From Hypanus sabinus (Eukaryota): DNA of 64,000 nucleotides. The translations under genes were made by a program, and so were the position numbers. The notes under the pieces were generated by a model. The model saw only the letters and a list, made by a program, of their open reading frames with translations, was not told where the DNA came from and searched no databases. Positions 49,621-61,534 of this stretch are shown here, piece after piece (the stretch's first letter is position 1; each line of letters opens with the position of its first letter). The DNA is taken from positions 165,230,001 through 165,294,000 of the forward strand of contig NC_082710.1 in NCBI RefSeq assembly GCF_030144855.1, written 5' to 3'.

Positions 49621-51440
49621 TTTATACTATGTGTTTTTTTTGCCTGATCTTCTCGGGATTTTTAAGGGGGAGTGGGGTGGGATTTGAAGGTCAATGTACC
49701 TGACCCATTGATTTATTTTTTGGTATACTATCATATATTGCATTGTACCCACCCCTAAGTGAACAAATTTCATGGCATATGCCAGTGATATTGAACCTGA
49801 TTCTGGACCTGATAAGAATCCTGCCATTAACTCTGTATTCTGACTTCAAATACCACTTTCTTCATTTTCAATCTTTTTTATTAATTTAAAAAAATAAGGG
49901 TAGATACAAGTCAGTGGGGAAATTATCTTGTCAAAATCATGTATAGTATAATACTGAGCTAATAGAAAAAGAACCACAGCTCCTCTTATCATAGAAAAAA
50001 AAGACTCAATATTTCTGTTATTGAGAACGAAAAAAAAATCCACTAAACTAACTTAAAACAAAACAAAAATACAGGGGACTGGGCAGTCCATTTTGAGGAT
50101 ATAATTTAAAAAAAAGGAAAAATCCTTCTGGTCAAATCTAAAACTTCACAGAGAGGAAAAAAAGATTACCTAGAAAAGTCAAAAAAAATTAGATCATATG
50201 AAAATTTTGAATCAAAGGTCACCAGGTTTGCTCAAATTTAAAAGATGTACCAAACATCCAACTTCTAATTTTCTCCAAACTTAAACACGACATGATAGAG
50301 GGGAGCCAGAAAAATAAAACAGTAGGTGAATTGGGATCCTTCCAATACAACAAAATAGCTCTCCTAGCCAATAAAGTTGAAAAAGCTATCATGCGTTGAG
50401 TGGAAGCAGGAACATTTCCCTCGTCCTTTGGAGTAATCCCAAGGATTGCTGTAAATGAATTAGGTCCAAACCTATGACTTCTGATAACGTTCTGAAAGCA
50501 TCTCTCCAAAAGTTATTTAACTTTATACAGGACCAAAACATATGAGTTAAGGTAGCCACCTCAGTGTTGCATCTATCACAGGTGGGATTTATATTAGAAA
50601 AAATATGCACTAATTTATAAGATAAATTAGTTCCACTTTCTAAAGTGTTATCACTTAGCATTTTTCCAGATTGCACTCTATTGGCTATTTCTTAGCCCAA
50701 GTTTCTGCATCTTATCAATGTCCTAGTTTAAACTGTAGCTGCTCAGCCAATTCTCTGTTTCCTACCAATGTCCTGTTGAAACCGACAGCAACCTTTTTTG
50801 TTATCCACAACAGCAGTCAATTTTATGTCATGTGCAAACTTACTAATCACCCTTCCACTCCCTCATCTATGTCGTAAAAATCACTGTGGCTAAGAGTCCC
50901 AGAACAGACCCCTGTGCATCACTACTTGTCATTGACCTTTGGTGTTTCACTGGGTATTTTCCATCTACTGCCACCCTCTTCGTTCTGTGGGCAAGTCATT
51001 TCTGACTCCACATAGCCAATGTTCCTTGGATCCTTGAATCTTCAGAGTTCCTGAATGAGCTTTGTCAAATGCTTTACCAAAATCCATATACATGACATCC
51101 AATCTGCTACTTTTATCAAAGTGTTCTGTCCCTTCCTTGAAGAATTGTCTGCCCTTTACAAATCCATGCTGACTAATCATGATCAAACCATCTCTTCCAA
51201 ATGCTAATAAATTCTGTCTCTAAGAATCTTCTCCAACAGTTTGTCCAACACTGATATAAGATCACGGGTCCATAATTCCTAAAAATTATCCTTATTACCT
51301 TTCTTAAACAAAGGAAAAACATTTACCACCCTCCAATACCCATCCCTATTCTTGATAGGCCTGTAAGTCCCTAAATCTGTGTCTCAATTTGCACTAACAT
51401 CATTTTGTTATTTTTATTGCGTCATATAATTTATGTATAA
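49618..51440 (-). repeat. Segmental duplication copy 2, right part (inverted)
   Basis: Reverse complement of 36420-37414 joined without the L1 to the 42975/44490-type block; keeps ~370 bp of old L1 ORF2 end that copy 1 has lost. Confidence 0.92.
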
Positions 51441-51869
51441 TGAGAGAAATGATTCTTAAGGAGTCCATTTAGAATGTGCTGACACAGAAAGAACGTGCAA
51501 AGCAACTTGCAGGGCAACGTATAAACCAATTTGCAAAATCAGGATGAAACAATAGCTTGCTGATTAAAGAAGCGATATGGGTAACGGGAAGACATGCTTA
51601 ACGGTTGAACAATAACGGTGTTAATGCGCTGAGGCTGATAAGTGGGCCAAAGGGTAATCACATTTGTAATTTTGTAATGAGATTAAGGAAGAATGTCTGC
51701 ACCTCACATGGGTGCAACTCACAAAGTCGTAAACAAGTAGGGTATAAAAAACTGTGCAAAGTGTAATTTGGCACTCAATCTAGCAGGAGCTGGTTGGGTC
51801 CGACTCTGCAGACTCGAAAAATAAAGTTTACCGTTCTGCAAATTGCTGAGACTCAGTGTGTTTCTGACA
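51441..51869 (+). repeat. ERV 5' LTR (429 bp), inverted relative to the provirus body
   Basis: Reverse complement of 46231-46659 with 3 substitutions; TATAAAA 51743, AATAAA 51820; preceded by TATAA. Confidence 0.97.
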
Positions 51870-51872
51870 ACG

Positions 51873-51890
51873 TGGGGGCTCGTCCGGGAT
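51873..51890 (+). promoter_or_regulatory. Primer-binding site for tRNA-Pro
   Basis: TGGGGGCTCGTCCGGGAT, identical to the 18-nt MLV-type PBS-Pro. Confidence 0.95.
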
Positions 51891-52074
51891 CCACACTCCG
51901 GCCGCGGTGGACACGAGGAAGGACATTGGAGACGGTGCACCCCGCCGAGTTTGGCGGTCCCTGACTCCTTGCTCGTCGCTCCAACGCGGCTTGAGCGAGT
52001 GATATCCGGACAGCGCAGAGCGGTAAACGGGGAGAAGGGGACAGTACCTGGTACTGGAAGTCCCCAGGACGCAC

Positions 52075-52083
52075 CGGGTAAGT
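52075..52083 (+). promoter_or_regulatory. Probable retroviral major splice donor in ERV leader
   Basis: CGG/GTAAGT ~190 nt after the PBS; leader ends at ~52097 where CR1 sequence starts. Confidence 0.6.
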
Positions 52084-52097
52084 GCCTTGGTGTATCG

Positions 52098-53270
52098 GCC
52101 TTCATTATTTGGGCAAGTAGAGTTGCAGGAGAATGGGAACCAGAGTGCCAGAACACTTGGCAGAGAGGTTGTGGAGGCAAATGTTGATAAGACCTCAGGC
52201 AAATTTAGGAATCAAATGTTTGAGCATGGTGTGACTATGTCCTGATCAGTATATATTTCAAGTACTGTCAAAGGAAAGGCAGGTAATAGAATTGAAGATG
52301 AGGTAACCAGTTTACAAACAGAGGGAATGTGTGCTGAGGCGAAGCTGTTGATCGGGCAAAATAACAGACAACAGGATGAGTTGCAACATAAAGGGCAGAC
52401 AAAATGGAAAAGCTCAGACAAAGTTAGGAATCAAAAAAGGTGGAGCATGGTGCCACAAAAATGAAAAGGGTGAACATGGAACTGAAGATATTGTATCTGA
52501 ATGCACACAGTATCCAGTATAAAAATGAAAAGGGTGAACATGGAACTGAAGATATTGTATCTAAATGCACACAGTATCCAGTATAAAGTAGCTGAACTTG
52601 CAGCACATGTGCAGATTGACAAGTATGATGTTGTAGGCATCACGGAATCCTGGCTGAAGGATTATAGCTGGGTGTTTAATGTCCAAGGATACACATTGTA
52701 TCAAAAGAATAGTCAAGAAGGCAGAGGGGGTGGCATTGCTCTGTTGGTAAAAAAAAGTTGTCTCAAATATTAGAACGAGGTGACATAGGGTCGGAATTGT
52801 TGAATCATTGTGGATAAATCTAAGGAACTAAAAGGGTAAAAAGACCCTGTTGAAAGTTGCATAAAGACCCCCAGACAGTAATAACCAAAGAGAGGGCATT
52901 TAATAGACCAAGATTAGTGGGAATTTAGAGGATTGGAAAGCTTTTAAATACCAACAGAAGGCAAGTAAAAAAGTCATTGAGAAGGTAAAGGTGAAATATG
53001 AAAGTAAGCAGAAAGTAATATTAAAGAGGAGACCAAAAGATTCCTCAGATACATAACGTGTAAAAGAGAGGCAAGAGTAGAAATTGGACGGCTGAAAAAC
53101 GATGCGGGAGAGGTAGTAATGGGGGCAATGAAATAGCAGGCAAACAATAAATATTTTGCATCAGTCTTCACTGTAGAAGACCCTAGCAGTGTGGTGGAAG
53201 TTCCAGGTGCCAGGGGGCATGAATGTGTAAAGATACCACAACCAGAGAGAAGTTTCTTGAGATTTGTGTG
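52098..53270 (+). mobile_element. CR1 fragment (APE region) with 64-bp tandem duplication at 52457-52584
   Basis: ILYLNAHSI...DVVGITESWL; duplicated AAAAATGAAAAGGGTGAACATGG unit. Confidence 0.85.
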
Positions 53271-53636
53271 TTTTTTACACATTTCGATCATAAAACGGTT
53301 AAGGTTTTCTCGCTTAATCGCGTGAGATCCCAGTCTCACTGTCCCAGTTAGGCACCGAGGGTGCTTACAGAAAGTCTCCCCACCACCCCCGATCTGCAAC
53401 GGCAAACGTGGCTCAGGGAAAGGAATAAAGAAACTATTCTTCACAAGATATGGACTGGTTTAAAAGAACTGGACAGAAAAAGGCTGCGCGAAGTAATCGA
53501 GATTAAACTCGAAACCAAAGCAAAGCCAGAATCAGAAGCACTTATTTCAGCTTCCTGCGTTGATGTCAGCGTGTAGCCCCTCCACCACCTCCTCTCCCCC
53601 CCACCACCCCTTCACTAGCTTAAGGCGTGAACCCAC

Positions 53637-53706
53637 CTCTCGAATTGCACAACAGCAGGCAAATAAACGCGCTGCCGGAGATGATCCACGAACTTCTGTT
53701 CAACAT
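53637..53706 (-). CDS. CD2/SLAM-family receptor exon 1 (signal peptide MLNRSSWIISGSAFICLLLCNSR)
   Basis: ATG, hydrophobic core and phase-1 donor GAG/GTGGGT in a CpG-rich non-repeat island; splices in frame to exon 2 (NSR-VLAES). Confidence 0.8.
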
Positions 53707-53719
53707 GTCTTCTGTGAAA

Positions 53720-53830
53720 CTAAGACTGACATTTAAATGTCGTGTTGTTAACCCGCTGAGGTGGGACGGATGAACATCGAGAGGCGGGGAAACGGAAAGC
53801 AGGTACGACGAAGCTGGCTCTTGTCACAAC
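53720..53830 (-). promoter_or_regulatory. Proximal promoter: GC box beside ISRE/ETS-like GGAAACGGAAAGC
   Basis: GAGGCGGGG 53781-53789 and GAAACGGAAA 53789-53798 (GAAANNGAAA), 75-90 bp upstream of the ATG. Confidence 0.5.
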
Positions 53831-53990
53831 ACGCTGGAGGAATTCAGCAAGTCGGGCAGAATCCGTGAAAACGAACAGGGTGTTGTGCGTATTGCTTTGA
53901 CCCCAGCATCTGCAGAGTATCTTGTGTTTACCAAGCCAGCTGTTCACTGCAGGATCCTATCAGTCGCCGTCCTTTGTACCTGTACCTCTA

Positions 53991-55866
53991 CAGGGGTGTC
54001 AAACTCAAATACACAGTGGGCCAAAATTAAAAAATCGGTACAAGTCGAGGGCCGGACTGGTTCAGCGTTTATGGCAAAACTTATTGAAATGAATTTACCA
54101 CACATATTAACATGGAACTAACAAAGCTTAGGTTATTGCCTACAAAAACAACATTGACCATTAAATAAATAAAAAATCAGTTGCATTTATTTCTTATGGC
54201 TTTATCTGCAGCTTTTCCGGAGTAATTTCTAATGAAAACATTTTTCCACAGGCCAACACTCTGTGATTCACACTAGTCTAAGCCAGATACTTGGCATCTC
54301 ATCTTGGATGCAAGTTCATCAATGTTTGGAGTCAGGCTCTGAGCTGAGGAAATCCTCAGAATTGAGTGAAGGTGTTCATCAAAACATCCTGTGTGATGTT
54401 TATCTTCATCAAAGAGAACAGTTGTTCACACAGATATGTGCTGCCAAACATAGAGAGCATTTGAGCAGCTTGGGTACGCAGCTGGGGCATTGTGTCGGGA
54501 ATGAAACGTAGAAACTGTGCAGCGCCCACCGAGTCATACTTTGCCTTGAGTGTGTCACTACATTGGAGTTCAATCAGCTCCATTTGTATGTTGGTTGGTT
54601 GGTGCGCTTTCAAACCTGCTTTTTTGGGCTTCAAATTGGCAAATCGCCGGGTGAAGTCGGCACCAAGTATGCTAAGTTTTTCAGCAAACTTTGCATGTGG
54701 GAACACTGCGGTAGAAACCTGCTCTTTCATAGTTTGGCAACACGGAAAATGGCGTAAGTTTTCTTGCTGCATCTGCGTCTCCCACGGGCGCAGCTTGGTT
54801 TTAAAAGCCCTCACTGCAGCGTACATGTCTGTGATCACACGACCCCGCTCCTGAAGCTGCAAGTTGAGCGCATTGAGATGGCTCGTGATGTCACACAGAA
54901 ACGCCATTTCACAAAGCAACTTTTTATCCCGGAGCTCTGTTGTGTCTTTCCCTTTGCTTTCCATGAACTGACAGATCTCCTCACGCAACTCAAAACATCT
55001 TTTCAGCACTTTTCCTTGGCTTAACCATCACACCTCTGTGTGATAGGGCAAATCATTATATTCTGAACCCAACTCCAGAAACGACTTGAACTCGCGATGA
55101 TTTAAACCTTTGGCTCTTATGAAGTTAACTGCTCGTGTTATGGTGCTCATTGTATGTTCCATTTTCAAGGCTTTGCCACACAACGATTCCTGGTGTATGA
55201 TGCAGTGATAAGCTGTCAGCTCACCTGCGCCGTTTACCTCCCGCATCTTCTCCCGGATCCTGCCCACCAATCCACTCTTTTGACCGCACATCGCGGCTTC
55301 TGTTTCTTGTCCAGATGCTTGTATTTGTCGTGGTGTTTCGTTTCATAGTGTCGTCTTACGTTATATTCTTTAATTACAGCCACACCGTCTCCGCACACAA
55401 GACAAACAGGTTTGCCCTTTATATCTGCGAACATATACTCTGCCTCCCACCTGCTTTGAAAACCCCTGTTTTCGAAGTCCACCTTTCGTTCAGCCATTTT
55501 TGGGGTGAGGGATCGCTGAAAGTTGACCACACGTGACTAGCGCCATAAGGATGCTGATGAGAGAGTAAGGCAAGCGCGAACAATGCACTGGCAGTGCATT
55601 GTGGGATTTGTAGTATTAGTGTGCATGCAATATACCGGCGGGCCAGCTCTAATAGAAAAAAAATTCATTAATGATATTCAGGAATTAAACCAGGGAAACC
55701 GAATAAACACTAAAAACCCTGAAAACCTGGTACCTGAATAAACTCAGCATTAGCCATATCATACGCCATAGGCGCTTCGATTACTGGGGCCAGCTTTAAT
55801 AGTAATTAGACATTATCTCGCGGGCCAAAGATAATTCCACCGCGGGCCTTGAGTTTGACATATGTG
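53991..55866 (-). mobile_element. hAT (SPIN/GTF2IRD2-like) transposon with deleted, frameshifted transposase
   Basis: TIRs CAGGGGTGTCAAACTCA / TGAGTTTGACATATGTG; KPVCLVCG...[33 protein letters not shown]; deletion at ~55297; CTCTA on both flanks (partial TSD). Confidence 0.92.
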
Positions 55867-56299
55867 CTCTACAACTTAATTTTCCTCCCATTTCTCACGG
55901 CAAGTTAACCTACCGCGGTACTGACTATAGACAATGCAATACAATGTAGTAGTCTAGTTTCAACCCTCCAGGTTGGAACAGACACTGTCTGCTCTTTATT
56001 TGCATTTCAATTGTATCAACTTCTGCAGGTCACTCCTTATCTGGGTGGTGCTCCATCTTGCGGAGTGGAATCAGAATCAGCTTTAATATCACTGGAATAT
56101 ATCATAGAATTTGTTGTTTTGTGGCAGCAGTAATCACTTAAAATGATAAATTACAATAAAAAATCTATAGGCAAATAAATAAGTAGTGCAAAAGAGAGTA
56201 AAAAAGAAAATAAAATGAGGTAGTGTAAATGGGATTATTGTCCACGGTGGAGGAGAAGAAGCTGTTCCTGAAACATTCAGTTGGTGTCACCTTTCACTT

Positions 56300-57430
56300 C
56301 TTGTATCTGCATCTGGTAATTTTCCCCTCCCCCTTCCCTCTTCTTGTAAATATTGATTTCTCCTTTCAATATTTTCCTTCCTTTTTTTCTTCTTATATTC
56401 CCCACTCTGGCCTCTCTGCTGTGCCGCTTTCTTCCCTTTCTCTCATGGTCCTCTCTCTTTTCCTACCAGATTCCTTTTTCTCCAGCAATCTTCCTTTCCC
56501 ACCCACCTGATCACCTTCTAGCTGGTCCTCCCCCATCTTTCATTCTGACATCTCCCTTCCTTTCCAGTCCTGAAGAAGGATCTCATCGAAACATAGAAAA
56601 TAGGTGCAGGAGTAGGCCATTCGGCCCTTCGAGCCTGCACCGCCATTCTGTATGATCATGGCTGATCATCCAACACAGAACTCATCCTGAAATATTAACT
56701 CTATATTCATTTCCATAGATGCTGCAAGAGAAAGAAATACTGCACCTGCGCAATCACCTCCTCCCTTACCTCCATTCAGGGCTACAAACAGTCCTCCTGG
56801 TGAGGCAACACCTCATTTGTGCATTTGTTGGGTTCGTCTATTGTATCTGGTGCTCCAAATGTGGCGTCTCCTATGTTGGTAAGACCCGATGTAAATTGAG
56901 GGACTGATTTGTTGAACACCTGCACTCCATCTGCCAAAAGTAGGATTTCTGATTGTCAACCATTTGCTCCTTATCCCCATTTCCATTCTGACATGTTGGT
57001 CCATGGCCTAATCTTTTGCCATGATGAGGTCACTTTTAGGGTGGAGGAACAGCACCTCATATTCTATCCAGGAAGCTTCCAACTTCATGGCATGAAGATC
57101 AATTTCAGTTTCAGGTAAGATTTTCCCTCCTGCTTCCCTCTTCTATTCCCCACTCTCATCCCTTAACTCTTCTCCTCACTGCACCCATCCCGGTGCCCCT
57201 TCTTCTTCCCTTTTCTCCATGCTCCATTGTCTTTTCCTATCAGATTCCTTCTTCTCCAGTCCTTTATCTTTGCCACCTACCTTCACATATTACTTTCTAG
57301 ATAGTCCTCCTTAACTTCCCCTTGTCTTTTTATTCTGGTGTGTTCCCCATTCCATTCCAGTCCTGGGGAAGTGTGTTCGTCCATTGATGCTGCCTGACTG
57401 GCAGATTTCCTCCAGCATTTTGTGTGTGTG
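56300..57430 (+). mobile_element. Penelope-like remnant (GIY-YIG) with nested CR1 tail at ~56588-56685
   Basis: FVYCIWCSKCGVSYVGKTRCKL; Penelope terminal motif near 57380-57428. Confidence 0.75.
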
Positions 57431-60214
57431 TACCTCTTCCTTTTTGGTAGAAATGAGAGGAGGGCATGTCCTGTGTGATGGGGGTCATTAAAGCTGCCTT
57501 CATGAGGCATTGCCTTTTGAAGGTGTTCTTGATGGTGGGGAGGCTAGTGGGAAACATCCGTCTTTGTTTCAGTATACATCCCTAGGGACAGCCCATTAAA
57601 CAAGTCCCTTGTTAGGTGATGGATTGGGATAAACCTCAGCCAAAGCCACTTCATCTCTTTATATCCCTCATTAGTGGATACGTGGCCCAGGAAAGAAATG
57701 GATAATCATTTCAATCCAAGCACAACCATCTCAATAGAAGTGCTTAATGGTACTGAGTGACTATACACGACAGTGAAGGCTGCACACTGATATTTTTAGT
57801 TCATTTCATTTTAAAGTGATGAGCTCTTTCAATGTGAAACTTGTCTGTGATATCCCACTCTGACCAAATCATGGTACTCACCAAGATGCTGTAAGCTGTG
57901 CCTGCAGGGAATGGATTCCCTTCGACTAATGCAGGCAAACATCCCGCATATAAAAGTGGCCAAAGATTAAATGACCAAAGAATATTCTGAGTACAGAAAT
58001 CAATTCTGCCAATTCATGGTTGAGCAATCTTGTTCTGATACCCAACGTCGTGTCCAATATTAGGATCCCATGGACATTATTGGTAAGTTTAGTGCAGCTG
58101 TTTACACACAATGCAGTGACTTGCAAGATCAGTGTGGTCAGTACATTATGTTGAATGTGTAATGGCTGATAAATGGTGAAACCACTGACCGCACAGCTAG
58201 TTGTCAAAAATCATGAATAATTTGGACAACAAAATGTTGTTCAACATTGTATTTAAATTACAAATGAAGAAATAAAGAAAATAAGTCGAAGTGTACTAAT
58301 CCCTCCCATCTCATCTCCTGTATTGTAGTCAATGAAGGAGCAGGTTGCCAAGTGGAATTAATGAAAAAGGTGTTAGAAGACATTCACAGTTCTTGTGCTC
58401 ACACATGGTACAAGCTCGGATGATTCTTAAAATTCAAAAACTGCCAGTAGTTCCAGGGTTTCTATGTTCCTGCTGCACAGACCGAGTCCCAGAACATGAT
58501 GTGAATGCCTGCAGCCCTGTGCCCGGAACTTCAAAATCAGCTGCTTTACAATGGCGTATAAAATAGGGTCGATGCTGGGAAACTGAGATAAAATCAGACT
58601 GTTGTGGATATAGTCAGCAGGCCTATGCAGGATCTGTGGGGGCATAGTGAGGCTGAAATTGGAAGGTCAATTTTGCGATCATGGTCAGATTTGATGGAAA
58701 GACTTTTACCTGAATCATTAACAATGTTCTTCACTGCACAGATACTTCTTTGTATGTGGGCATCTGCTGCATCTTTTGCGTTTACTGTCTCTCACCTCGT
58801 TGCTTGGCTCCTTAACATTGTCATAGCTGGAGGAGGTAGAGGGCATAAGCTCCTACTATTAAATATTCCCAATGACGTGCACCTCAAACAGCCTCTAACA
58901 ACCTTGTCGAACTCCTGACCTTCATGTGTGGCTTTGCTACTAAGCCATCAGAACCATATCTACTGATAGGAGAAGGGGCAGGTGGGTTACTGGCAACTTA
59001 AAACCAGTCGCTTCGGGCCGATAGTGTTTGTCAGCCATTGCTGGCAGGTTATCAAGTTGCAGGAAAACTCTGATCTCAAACCTCTGCTACACCCACTCAC
59101 TTGGAACCCGAAACCAGTCCTTTGTTGAGTTAGACCATAAGACCATAAGACAGAGGAGCAGGATTCAGGAATTTGGCCCAACGAGTTTGCTCCACCATTC
59201 AATCATGGCTGATCCTTTTATTTTCTCTTTCTCAACCCCATTTCTCGGCCTTCTCCCCATAATCTTTGATGCCATGTCCAATCAAGAACCTACCAATCTC
59301 TGCCTTAAGTAAACCCAACGACCTGGCCTCCACAGTTGCATGTGGAAACAAACTCCACAAATTCACCACCGTCTGGCTAAAAAAGTTTCTCTGTATCTGT
59401 TTTGAATGGACATCCCTCTATCCTGAGGCTGTGCCCTCTTGTCCTAGACTCTTCCACCATGGGAAACATCCTTTTCACATCTGCTCTGTCTAGGCCTTTC
59501 AACATCCCCCATCATCCTTCTAAATTCCAGCTTGTATGGACCCAGAGCCATCAAACGTTCTTCATATGATAACCCTTTCATTCCTGGAATCTTGTGTACC
59601 TCCTCTGGACCCTCTCCAATGCCAACACATCTCTTCTAAGGTGACGGGCCCAAAACTGTTCACAATACTCAAGGTGAGTCCTCAGCATTGCCTTATAAAG
59701 CCTCAGCATTACAACCTTGTCTTTGTGTTCCAGACATCTTAAAATGAATGTTAACATGGCATTTGCCTTCCTCACCACTGACTCAACCTGTAAGTTAACC
59801 TTTAGGGTATTCTGTGCAAACACTGCCAAGTCCCTTTGCATCTCTGATTTTTGGATTTTATGCACATTTAGAAAATAGTCTGCACATTCATTTCTACCAC
59901 CAAAGTGCATAACCATGCATTTTCCAACATTATATTTCATTTGCCATTTTCTTGCCCATTCCCCTAACCTGTTTATATCCTTCTACGTCCTACCTGTTTC
60001 TTCAACACAACCTGTCTCTCCATCAATCTTTGCAACATCCACTGCATCCCCTTTATCTATCCTACTTGTGACATCCTCAAAGAATTCCAATAGGTTTGTC
60101 AGGCAGAATTTTCCCTTAAGGAAACCATGTTGACTTCATCCTATCTTGTCCTCCATCACCTCAGCCTTAACAATTGACTCAACCATCTTCCCAGTCATTG
60201 AGGTCAGGCTAACC

Positions 60215-60529
60215 TTTTTAGGCATTCGTTAGTCTCGTAAGATCATGGATTTGCGCCTTGGAAGGTTTCCAGGGTGCAGGCCCGGGAAGGGTTATATGGG
60301 AGACCAGCAGTTCCACAAGCTACAAGCCTTCCCATCTCCACACCACCAATTTTGTTCAAGGGAAGGGCACTAGGACCCAAGCAACTTGGCACTAGTGTCA
60401 TCGCAGAGAAATGAGTTGTTAAGTGCCTTGCTCAAGGACACAACACGCTGCCCCAGCTGTGGCTCGAACCAGTGACCTTCAAATCACTAGACCGATGCCT
60501 TATCCACTAGGCCACGCACCAACACAACT
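60215..60529 (-). mobile_element. tRNA-derived SINE with 8-bp TSD GGCTAACC
   Basis: Minus A box TGGCCTAGTGG, B box GGTTCGAGCC, core GTGTCCTTGAGCAAGGCACTTAAC; GGCTAACC at 60207 and 60530. Confidence 0.85.
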
Positions 60530-61534
60530 GGCTAACCATTGAGGTCTATAATTTCCTTTCTGCTGCCCTCCTCCTTTCTTAAAGAGTTGAGTTACATTTG
60601 CAATTTTTCAGTCCTCTGGCACCATGATTTTTGAAAGATCATTACTAGTACCTCCACAGCCTCTACTGCTACCTCTTTCAGAACAGTAGGGTGCAGTTCA
60701 TCTGGTTCAGGAGACTAATGTACCTTTAGGTCTTTCAGCTTTTTCAACACATTCTCCCTTGTAATAGTAACTACACCCACTTCTCTTCCTTCACTCACGA
60801 CAACATCTGGCACACTGCTAGTGTCTTCCAGACTGAAGACTGATTCAAAATACTCATTTAGTTCATCTGCCATCTCCTTGTCCCCCATTATTATTTCTTC
60901 TGCCTCATTTTCTAACGGTCCTATATCCACTCTCAGCTCTCTTTAATTTTTTTATATACTTGAAAAAATGTTTACTATCTATTTTAATATTATTTGTTAG
61001 CTTGCTTTCATATTTCATCTTTTCCTTTCTAATGATTCTATTAGTGTTCTCTGTAGGTTTTTATAAACTTCCCAATCCTCTATCTTCCCACTAATTTTTG
61101 CTTTGTTGTAACTCTCTTTTTTTTTACATTAGCTTTGACTTCCCTTGTCAGCCACAGTTGCACAATTTTGCCATTTGAGTATTTCTTCATTTTTGGAATA
61201 CATATGTCCTGCACCTTCTTAATTTTTCTCAGAAATGTGCGCCATTGCTGCTCTGCTGACATCCCTGCAAGCAGCTCCTTTTAATTTAATTTGGCCAACT
61301 CCTCTCTTGTACCACTGTAATTTCCCTTACTCCACGGAAATACTGCTACATCCAACTTTACTTTCTCCCTTTCAAATTTCAAGTTGAACTCAATCATATT
61401 GTGATCACTGGTTCCCAAGGGTTATTTTAGCTTGAGCTCCCTAATCAGTTCCACTTGATTACATAACACCCAATACAGTATAGTTGATCCCCCAAGTAGG
61501 TTCAAAGACAGGAACCTACTTGATTAGATTCGAT

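Noticed and set aside
46231-51869. Inverted LTR pair read as TIRs of a DNA transposon or a DIRS-type element
   Set aside because: PBS, PPT, DDE integrase, env and the shared TSD show a retrovirus broken by inversion
57550-58920. Unique-looking region with several 70-100-aa ORFs
   Set aside because: No motifs, no consistent splice pairs; cannot be called from sequence alone
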